From the IMG/VR virus record IMGVR_UViG_2617270964_000007, positions 1 through 21,272 of that record: a DNA stretch of 21,272 nucleotides; one strand, 5' to 3'. The position numbers and the translations under genes were made by a program. Of this stretch, positions 15,516 to 21,272 are shown piece by piece (within the stretch, counting starts at the first letter, position 1; every line of letters begins with the position of its first letter). The notes under the pieces are model-generated. The model had not been told where the DNA came from. It worked only from the letters and a program-made list of their open reading frames with translations, and ran no database searches. The stretch comes from a virus. Taxonomy: Duplodnaviria; Heunggongvirae; Uroviricota; Caudoviricetes.

Positions 15516-15897
15516 CCGATACGGAAAAATAACGTTTAAACATTTTCAAGACAATCCAACATGGGCTGCTGCGGCTGGATATGACTTTAATTATTTTGAT
15601 TGTCTGTCAGTCGCATGTATTGCAACTACCAATGTTGCTAACAACATAATCGATGAATTCTTGGATTTTCCAGACTATCAGGTCAGAGAGTTGCCTGCAT
15701 TTTTTGTGAAAGTATCTGTTGCTACAGCTCTGTTATTTATTTTGTTATTCGCATATCCATTGCTTGCCGTATTTGTTTATGTGAGATGCAAGCACTCACA
15801 AAATGAATACACCGGAGAGCATACCGATATTACCAGCCAAAATATGCGAGTGTGGTTGAGGAGATGCCAAGAGAAATGGGGGAGAAGTCATGGCTAA
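15505..15897 (+). CDS. Hypothetical membrane protein, 130 aa, one predicted transmembrane helix, moron-like
   Basis: ATG at 15505 overlaps the ninF stop, with GAGGAAG upstream. The hydrophobic segment FFVKVSVATALLFILLFAYPLLAVFVYV is followed by a basic stretch. The gene is AT-rich and has no counterpart in the lambda nin region as I recall it. Confidence 0.5.
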   Translation: MVISRYGKITFKHFQDNPTWAAAAGYDFNYFDCLSVACIATTNVANNIIDEFLDFPDYQVRELPAFFVKVSVATALLFILLFAYPLLAVFVYVRCKHSQNEYTGEHTDITSQNMRVWLRRCQEKWGRSHG

Positions 15898-16180
15898 CCT
15901 ACGCAAAGAAGCGCGCGGAAGAGAATGCCAGGTACGTATTTACGGCATATGCAATGGAAATCCTGAAACTACAGTTCTGGCACATTACCGGATGGCTGGA
16001 ATTTGCGGAACGGGAATGAAACCTGACGACCTGATCGGCGCATGGGCTTGTAGTGACTGCCACGCGGAGATCGACCGACGCACAAGGATTCTCGACAACA
16101 AAGACGCCAGACTTTACCACCTCGAAGGCGTGATCAGGACGCAGGCGATACTGCTGAAGGAGGGGAAGATTAAGTCATGA
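15890..16180 (+). CDS. DUF1364 / YbcO-like putative metal-binding nuclease, 96 aa
   Basis: Cys/His pattern C-x7-C…H…C…C-x3-C-x2-H as in DLP12 YbcO. It lies immediately upstream of rusA, as ybcO does in DLP12. Confidence 0.7.
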   Translation: MANLRKEARGRECQVRIYGICNGNPETTVLAHYRMAGICGTGMKPDDLIGAWACSDCHAEIDRRTRILDNKDARLYHLEGVIRTQAILLKEGKIKS

Positions 16181-16539
16181 ACGAATATCAGTTTGTGCTT
16201 CCATACCCGCCGTCGGTGAACACCTACTGGCGAAGACGGGGAAGCCAATACCACATCAGCGATAAAGGCCAGAAATACCGAAAAGACGTTCAGCAAATCA
16301 TCCGCCAACTTAAGTTAGACATTTTCACCAAATCACGACTCCGCATCAAAGTCATCGCAGACGTTCCAGACTCCCGCCGCCGCGACCTCGACAACATCCT
16401 GAAAGGTTTACTCGACTCCCTTATCCACGCCGGATTTGCGGAAGACGACGAGCAATTCGATGACATTCGCGTAATTCGTGGTGTGAAAGTACCAGGCGGA
16501 CGGCTTGGAATAAAAATCACCGAACTGGAGAACGTATGA
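16177..16539 (+). CDS. rusA: RusA-family Holliday junction resolvase (NinG-position endonuclease), 120 aa
   Basis: Conserved RusA segments: PPSVNTYW near the N-terminus, the catalytic-aspartate region DVPDSRRRDLDNILKGLLDSL, and the GGRLGIKITEL C-terminus. Confidence 0.85.
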   Translation: MNEYQFVLPYPPSVNTYWRRRGSQYHISDKGQKYRKDVQQIIRQLKLDIFTKSRLRIKVIADVPDSRRRDLDNILKGLLDSLIHAGFAEDDEQFDDIRVIRGVKVPGGRLGIKITELENV

Positions 16540-16724
16540 ACGCCACAATTCAAACGATACCAGAGCTTCTTATCCAGACACGAGGCAATCAGACCGAAGT
16601 GGCGAGGATGCTTTCCTGCGCAAGAGGAACAGTGCTCAAGTACAACCGAGACAGCAAAGGCGAGCGTCATGTAATAGTTAACGGCGTCCTGATGGTCAAA
16701 CAGGGCAAGAGGGGAAGACGATGA
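16536..16724 (+). CDS. ninH: NinH-like small DNA-binding protein, 62 aa
   Basis: The translation …GNQTEVARMLSCARGTVLKYNRD… resembles lambda NinH (…GNQTEVARRLKCSRGTVRKY…). It is translationally coupled between rusA and Q. Confidence 0.65.
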   Translation: MNATIQTIPELLIQTRGNQTEVARMLSCARGTVLKYNRDSKGERHVIVNGVLMVKQGKRGRR

Positions 16725-17344
16725 GACTCGAAAGCGTAGCTAAATTTCATTCGCCAAAAAGCCCGATGATGAGCGACTCACCACGGGCTACGGCTTCTGA
16801 CTCTCTTTCCGGTACTGATGTGATGGCTGCTATGGGGATGGCGCAATCACAAGCCGGATTCGGTATGGCTGCATTCTGTGGTAAGCACGAACTCAGCCAG
16901 AACGACAAACAAAAGGCTATCAACTATCTGATGCAATTTGCACACAAGGTATCGGGGAAATACCGTGGTGTGGCAAAGCTCGAAGGAAATACTAAGGCAA
17001 AGGTACTGCAAGTGCTCGCAACATTCGCTTATGCGGATTATTGCCGTAGTGCCGCGACGCCGGGGGCAAGATGCAGAGATTGCCATGGTACAGGCCGTGC
17101 GGTTGATATTGCCAAAACAGAGCTGTGGGGGAGAGTTGTCGAGAAAGAGTGCGGAAGATGCAAAGGCGTCGGCTATTCAAGGATGCCAGCAAGCGCAGCA
17201 TATCGCGCTGTGACGATGCTAATCCCAAACCTTACCCAACCCACCTGGTCACGCACTGTTAAGCCGCTGTATGACGCTCTGGTGGTGCAATGCCACAAAG
17301 AAGAGTCAATCGCAGACAACATTTTGAATGCGGTCACACGTTAG
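16721..17344 (+). CDS. Q: Late-gene antiterminator Q, lambda-type, 207 aa
   Basis: The translation MRLESVAKFHSPKSPMMSDSP… with the zinc-binding CRDCHGTG…CGRCKG region matches lambda Q as I recall. It is followed by the lambda pR'/qut/tR' sequence. Confidence 0.9.
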   Translation: MRLESVAKFHSPKSPMMSDSPRATASDSLSGTDVMAAMGMAQSQAGFGMAAFCGKHELSQNDKQKAINYLMQFAHKVSGKYRGVAKLEGNTKAKVLQVLATFAYADYCRSAATPGARCRDCHGTGRAVDIAKTELWGRVVEKECGRCKGVGYSRMPASAAYRAVTMLIPNLTQPTWSRTVKPLYDALVVQCHKEESIADNILNAVTR

Positions 17345-17386
17345 CAGCATGATTGCCACGGATGGCAACATATTAACGGCATGATA

Positions 17387-17425
17387 TTGACTTATTGAAT
17401 AAAATTGGGTAAATTTGACCCAACG
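17387..17425 (+). promoter_or_regulatory. Late promoter pR' with overlapping qut site (Q-utilisation)
   Basis: -35 TTGACT (17387-17392), a 17-nt spacer and -10 TAAATT (17410-17415), with the transcription start near 17422. The sequence is essentially the lambda pR' region. Confidence 0.75.
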
Positions 17426-17615
17426 ATGGGTTAATTCGCTCGTTGTGGTAGTGAGATGAAAAGAGGCGGCGCTTACTACCGATTCCGCCTAGTTGGTCAC
17501 TTCGACGTATCGTCTGGAACTCCAACCATCGCAGGCAGAGAGGTCTGCAAAATGCAATCCCGAAACAGTTCGCAGGTAATAGTTAGAGCCTGCATAACGG
17601 TTTCGGGATTTTTTA
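17422..17615 (+). ncRNA. Lambda-type 6S RNA (short pR' transcript terminated at tR' in the absence of Q), about 194 nt
   Basis: The distance from the predicted pR' start to the end of the tR' U-run is 194 nt, the known size of lambda 6S RNA. The two track ORFs over this region (17456-17650, 17489-17773) are therefore not called as coding. Confidence 0.6.
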
Positions 17616-17616
17616 T
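17556..17616 (+). terminator. tR' intrinsic terminator
   Basis: A long imperfect hairpin AATCCCGAAAC…GTTTCGGGATT is followed by TTTTTTAT (U-run 17609-17616). Confidence 0.7.
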
Positions 17617-18020
17617 ATCTGCACAACAGGTAAGAGCATTGAGTCGATAATCGTGAAGAGTTGGCGAGCCTGGTTAGCCAGTGCTCTTTCCGTTGTGCTG
17701 AATTAAGCGAATACCGGAAGCAGAACCGGATCACCAAATGCGTACAGGCGTCATCGCCGCCCAGCAACAGCACAACCCAAACTGAGCCGTAGCCACTGTC
17801 TGTCCTGAATTCATTAGTAATAGTTACGCTGCGGCCTTTTACACATGACCTTCGTGAAAGCGGGTGGCAGGAGGTCGCGCTAACAACCTCCTGCCGTTTT
17901 GCCCGTGCATATCGGTCACGAACAAATCTGATTACTAAACACAGTAGCCTGGATTTGTTCTATCAGTAATCGACCTTATTCCTAATTAAATAGAGCAAAT
18001 CCCCTTATTGGGGGTAAGAC

Positions 18021-18344
18021 ATGAAGATGCCAGAAAAACATGACCTGTTGGCCGCCATTCTCGCGGCAAAGGAACAAGGCATCGGGGCAATCCTTGCGTT
18101 TGCAATGGCGTACCTTCGCGGCAGATATAATGGCGGTGCGTTTACAAAAACAGTAATCGACGCAACGATGTGCGCCATTATCGCCTGGTTCATTCGTGAC
18201 CTTCTCGACTTCGCCGGACTAAGTAGCAATCTCGCTTATATAACGAGCGTGTTTATCGGCTACATCGGTACTGACTCGATTGGTTCGCTTATCAAACGCT
18301 TCGCTGCTAAAAAAGCCGGAGTAGAAGATGGTGGAAATCAATAA
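18021..18344 (+). CDS. S: Class I holin S with dual start (S107 antiholin / S105 holin)
   Basis: The translation [20 protein letters not shown]… carries the Met1-Lys2-Met3 dual-start motif and three hydrophobic segments. It matches lambda S. Confidence 0.9.
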   Translation: MKMPEKHDLLAAILAAKEQGIGAILAFAMAYLRGRYNGGAFTKTVIDATMCAIIAWFIRDLLDFAGLSSNLAYITSVFIGYIGTDSIGSLIKRFAAKKAGVEDGGNQ

Positions 18345-18804
18345 TCAACGTAAGGCGTTCCTCGATATGCTGGCGTGGTCAGAGGGAACTGATAACGGAC
18401 GACAGAAAACCAGAAATCATGGTTATGACGTCATTGTAGGCGGAGAGCTATTCACTGATTACTCCGATCACCCTCGCAAACTTGTCACGCTAAACCCAAA
18501 ACTCAAATCAACAGCAGCCGGTCGCTATCAGCTTCTTTCCCGTTGGTGGGATGCCTATCGTAAGCAGCTTGGCCTGAAAGACTTCTCTCCCAAAAGCCAG
18601 GACGCTGTGGCATTGCAGCAGATTAAAGAGCGTGGCGCTTTACCGATGATTGATCGCGGTGATATTCGTCAGGCTATCGACCGTTGCAGCAATATCTGGG
18701 CTTCACTTCCGGGGGCTGGTTATGGTCAGTTCGAGCATAAGGCTGACAGCCTGATTGCAAAATTCAAAGAAGCTGGCGGAACGGTCAGAGAGATTGAGGT
18801 ATGA
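18328..18804 (+). CDS. R: Endolysin R (lytic transglycosylase), 158 aa
   Basis: The translation [26 protein letters not shown]… matches the lambda R family, with the catalytic Glu in the WSEGTD context. It overlaps the S 3' end as in lambda. Confidence 0.9.
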   Translation: MVEINNQRKAFLDMLAWSEGTDNGRQKTRNHGYDVIVGGELFTDYSDHPRKLVTLNPKLKSTAAGRYQLLSRWWDAYRKQLGLKDFSPKSQDAVALQQIKERGALPMIDRGDIRQAIDRCSNIWASLPGAGYGQFEHKADSLIAKFKEAGGTVREIEV

Positions 18805-19268
18805 GCAGAGTAACCGCGATTATTTCCGCTCTGGTTATCTGCATCATCGTTTGCTTGTCATGGGCTGTTAATCATTACCGTGATAATGCAATCGCCTACA
18901 AAGAACAGCGCGATAACAAGGCCAGTGAACTGGAGAAGGCGAACGCCACCATTACTGACATGCAGCAACGCCAGCGTGCTGCTGATGCACTCGATGCTAA
19001 ATACACGAAGGAGTTAGCTGATGCGAAAGCTGAAAATGATGCTCTTCGGCGCAAGCTTGATAATGGTGGCAGGGTGCTCGTCAAAGGAAAATGCCCTGTG
19101 CCATCGTCAGCCGAAACCTCCGGCGCCTCCGGCATGGGCAATGATGCCACCGTCGAACTCTCTCCAGTTGCTGGACGAAACGTTCTCGATATCCGGGACG
19201 GAATTATCCGCGACCAAACAGCACTGAGAACGCTTCAGGAATACATTAGGACGCAATGCCTTCGATGA
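18801..19268 (+). CDS. Rz: Spanin inner-membrane subunit Rz (i-spanin), 155 aa
   Basis: N-terminal transmembrane helix ([18 protein letters not shown]) followed by a coiled-coil periplasmic domain. The N-terminal half is lambda-like and the C-terminal third diverges from lambda Rz as I recall it. Confidence 0.85.
   Translation: MSRVTAIISALVICIIVCLSWAVNHYRDNAIAYKEQRDNKASELEKANATITDMQQRQRAADALDAKYTKELADAKAENDALRRKLDNGGRVLVKGKCPVPSSAETSGASGMGNDATVELSPVAGRNVLDIRDGIIRDQTALRTLQEYIRTQCLR
19021..19227 (+). CDS. Rz1: Spanin outer-membrane lipoprotein Rz1 (o-spanin), embedded in the +1 frame of Rz
   Basis: Signal peptide with lipobox (…LIMVAGC) followed by a proline-rich mature region ([14 protein letters not shown]). 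It lies entirely within Rz in a different frame. Confidence 0.7.
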   Translation: MRKLKMMLFGASLIMVAGCSSKENALCHRQPKPPAPPAWAMMPPSNSLQLLDETFSISGTELSATKQH

Positions 19269-19442
19269 TAGCGATAATTTTACTCATCATCCTTCACATC
19301 TGGCTCTGTAGACAGGGTGATGATCACTTCTGGAGTGAATCCAGATTAAACATCTCATTGCTGATGCTTGATATTGAGCATCTGGCGCGCGGTAAGGGGC
19401 TGCGTTGAGATAAGAGCCAGTCATTACAAATACCAGGATTTA

Positions 19443-19466
19443 GCCTCGCATTTGCGGGGCTTTTTT
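19443..19466 (+). terminator. Candidate rho-independent terminator downstream of the lysis cassette
   Basis: GCCTCGC-ATTT-GCGGGGC (7-bp stem with one G-U pair) followed by TTTTTT. Confidence 0.5.
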
Positions 19467-19614
19467 GCATCTGCAGTAAACCGCGCATCGCAGCGCGTAA
19501 CAATCCCGAGTCTTTCAGAAAGCTGAGCCTGAGAATTGCCGTATATGGTGGCGACCATCTCGGGGACGGCTTTTCTGTGCGAACAGGCTCATCTTTCTAA
19601 AAGGTAAAGACGCA

Positions 19615-20157
19615 ATGAACTACCCAACCGTTGTTAACGATATAGATTTCAGAGACCTAATTTTTGTAGCAAACAACGATCCGGTTACAGATTCTTTTAT
19701 GGTGGCAAAAGCATTTGGAAAGCTGCCGAAGAACGTGGTTCGTGACATTGAACGAACCATAGAAGCTTGCCCTCCTGAGTTTGATACAAAGCTCAACTTT
19801 GAGCTTTGCTATAAAAACAATGAGTTACAGAATGGTAAGCCGCAAAAATTCTACCGTCTCCGCAAGGATGGGTTGATGCTTTTGGTTATGTCCTACACCA
19901 AAAAAGAAGCAATGCGTATCAAAATTGCTTACATCAACGCATTTAACTGGATGTACGCCATGCTTCAGGTTGGTCATCGTCAATTTGAAGAAGAGAGAAA
20001 TGCCGTAATGCTGGAGTACATGAAAGAGAAGGATGTTGCCAGCATGTCAGGGCGCCTGCTTAATCGCTGGGGAAAAATTAAGAAGCCTCAGCTACTGGCG
20101 AGAATTGAACGCCTTGAACAGCACGGGCAAACCGTAATCCCCGGACTCACTAATTAA
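19615..20157 (+). CDS. rha: Rha-family phage regulatory protein, 180 aa
   Basis: The N-terminal domain pattern …VTDSFMVAKAFGKLPKNVVRDIERT…GKPQKFYRLRKDGLMLLVMSYTKKEAMRIKIAYINAFNWM matches the Phage_pRha family signature as I recall it (VxTDSxxVAxxFGKxHKNVLRDI…). ATG at 19615. Confidence 0.7.
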   Translation: MNYPTVVNDIDFRDLIFVANNDPVTDSFMVAKAFGKLPKNVVRDIERTIEACPPEFDTKLNFELCYKNNELQNGKPQKFYRLRKDGLMLLVMSYTKKEAMRIKIAYINAFNWMYAMLQVGHRQFEEERNAVMLEYMKEKDVASMSGRLLNRWGKIKKPQLLARIERLEQHGQTVIPGLTN

Positions 20158-20452
20158 CGGCAGTACAGCGAAACAACCCAAGCCAGTAAGTGGGGAAATA
20201 ACACTGGCAGCCACTGAAAGATGAACCTCCTGCATTATGGCAAAAAAGATTCTTTGTGGTGGCGGACTGATGGAAAGACATCGGTTATTGCAGAGACCAT
20301 TCAATGAGTGGTCTCGACAATGGCTTATACCCTACACGGGATAACTTAACTGATATCCCCACAAGCGGATAAAGAGGTCCCTCAATGTCAGGAATCTACT
20401 TTTAGTCCTAGTAATGATGAACTAGATATCAGTTGAGTCGCTTGGGTGGTGA

Positions 20453-20661
20453 TTACGATTCTGCTTCAAACTCAGAAATTAGTTGATGAACACGTTCAGT
20501 ATATGATGGGTTAGAACCTAGAAACTCTTCCACTGTCTGAATGGTTTCATCACCCTCCCATTCAAAATGGCTCACAGGCGACGAATGACCAACCCTGACT
20601 TGGTAGGAGCCATTGTCCAATTTGTCCAGGAATATATAAGTTTCATTATCATGACCTGTAT
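20453..20661 (-). pseudogene. 3' fragment (about 69 codons) of an unidentified minus-strand gene, with the IS1 end abutting its upstream boundary
   Basis: An open frame without an in-window start, …HYHTGHDNETYIFLDKLDNGSYQVRVGHSSPVSHFEWEGDETIQTVEEFLGSNPSYTERVHQLISEFEAES, ends at the TAA complementary to 20453-20455. It runs open up to the IS1 terminal inverted repeat at 20662 and continues into IS1 sequence, so any 5' part must lie beyond the IS1 copy. Confidence 0.4.
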
Positions 20662-20676
20662 GGTAATGACTCCAAC

Positions 20677-21180
20677 TTATTGATAGTGTTTTATGTTCAG
20701 ATAATGCCCGATGACTTTGTCATGCAGCTCCACCGATTTTGAGAACGACAGCGACTTCCGTCCCAGCCGTGCCAGGTGCTGCCTCAGATTCAGGTTATGC
20801 CGCTCAATTCGCTGCGTATATCGCTTGCTGATTACGTGCAGCTTTCCCTTCAGGCGGGATTCATACAGCGGCCAGCCATCCGTCATCCATATCACCACGT
20901 CAAAGGGTGACAGCAGGCTCATAAGACGCCCCAGCGTCGCCATAGTGCGTTCACCGAAAACGTGCGCCACAACTGTCCTCCGTATCCTGTCATACGCGTA
21001 AAACAGCCAGCGCTGACGTGATTTAGCACCGACGTAGCCCCACTGTTCGTCCATTTCCGCGCAGACGATGACGTCACTGCCCGGCTGTATGCGCGAGGTT
21101 ACCGACTGCGGCCTGAGTTTTTTAAATGGCGGAAAATCGTGTTGAGGCCAACGCCCATAATGCGGGCGGTTGCCCGGCAT
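20677..21180 (-). CDS. insB: IS1 transposase InsB reading frame (expressed as the InsAB' fusion by -1 frameshift)
   Basis: The translation …[53 protein letters not shown]… is the IS1 InsB sequence. Confidence 0.88.
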   Translation of the reverse strand: MPGNRPHYGRWPQHDFPPFKKLRPQSVTSRIQPGSDVIVCAEMDEQWGYVGAKSRQRWLFYAYDRIRRTVVAHVFGERTMATLGRLMSLLSPFDVVIWMTDGWPLYESRLKGKLHVISKRYTQRIERHNLNLRQHLARLGRKSLSFSKSVELHDKVIGHYLNIKHYQ

Positions 21181-21272
21181 CCAACGCCATTCATGGCCAT
21201 ATCAATGATTTTCTGGTGCGTACCGGGTTGAGAAGCGGTGTAAGTGAACTGCAGTTGCCATGTTTTACGGCA
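21099..21272 (-). CDS. insA: IS1 InsA (C-terminal portion; 5' end beyond the window)
   Basis: Reverse-complement translation gives …[18 protein letters not shown] ending at the TAA complementary to 21099-21101. The A6C frameshift window TTTAAAAAAC is present on the minus strand near 21118-21127. Confidence 0.7.
   Translation of the reverse strand, partial: CRKTWQLQFTYTASQPGTHQKIIDMAMNGVGCRATARIMGVGLNTIFRHLKNSGRSR

Larger units (their letters stand above)
20662..21272 (-). mobile_element. IS1: IS1 insertion sequence (partial: right inverted repeat plus about 610 bp; continues beyond the window end)
   Basis: GGTAATGACTCCAACTTATTGATAGTGT at 20662 is the reverse complement of the IS1 terminal inverted repeat. 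The rest matches IS1 (insB and the 3' part of insA), so about 157 bp of the 768-bp element lies outside the window. Confidence 0.9.

Noticed and set aside
17456-17773. Track ORFs 17456-17650 (+) and 17489-17773 (-) downstream of Q
   Set aside because: They overlap the pR'-6S RNA-tR' unit, whose sequence matches the non-coding lambda late leader, and have no credible SD. They are treated as non-coding.
17620-18020. Possible phage tRNA genes or toxin cargo (for example stx) between Q and the lysis genes, as in Stx phages
   Set aside because: No cloverleaf-capable sequence and no ORF is present. The segment matches the lambda non-coding S leader and Q is followed directly by S.
20092-20304. Minus-strand 70-aa ORF overlapping the 3' end of rha
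   Set aside because: It overlaps rha antisense, has low-complexity composition and no SD. The region 20158-20452 otherwise contains only very short ORFs of 22-28 aa that I could not support.
1-21272. CRISPR arrays or cas genes
   Set aside because: No array of regularly spaced direct repeats is present. The only repeat families are operator sites, nut boxB copies and the ori iterons.

Overview
This window is the left junction and most of the early and lysis regions of a mosaic lambdoid prophage integrated at tRNA-Thr (thrW), immediately downstream of a complete proA gene, in an E. coli-like chromosome. I did not find a clear multi-gene novel system; the best leads are single uncharacterised genes at moron-like positions. 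All protein identifications rest on my reading of the translations and recalled family knowledge, and no database search was run. Layout, left to right: proA (1-1254), thrW (1369-1444), then on the minus strand int/xis, a run of accessory genes (ASCH-like, Ead/Ea22-DUF551, Myb-like), a recombination module (Gp157-like, RecT), small CIII-like and Kil-like ORFs, two unknown genes and an N-like antiterminator. The immunity region is P22-type: pL/oL and nutL, a C2-like repressor (9240-9890), oR with three 18-bp operators, Cro, nutR and a C1/CII-like gene. Rightward come a lambda-O-like initiator with an internal iteron origin, a DnaB-family helicase, and a nin region (ninB, Dam-family methyltransferase, PAPS-reductase-like NinC, ninD, ninF, DUF1364/YbcO-like, rusA, ninH). 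From Q through pR'/qut/6S RNA/tR', S, R and Rz/Rz1 the sequence matches phage lambda as I recall it, followed by a Rha-family gene. The window ends inside an IS1 copy (from 20662) that abuts the 3' fragment of an unidentified minus-strand gene. The most interesting candidates are the 156-aa gene at 7687-8157, the int-proximal pair at 2934-3550, the membrane protein at 15505-15897 and the IS1-disrupted gene.
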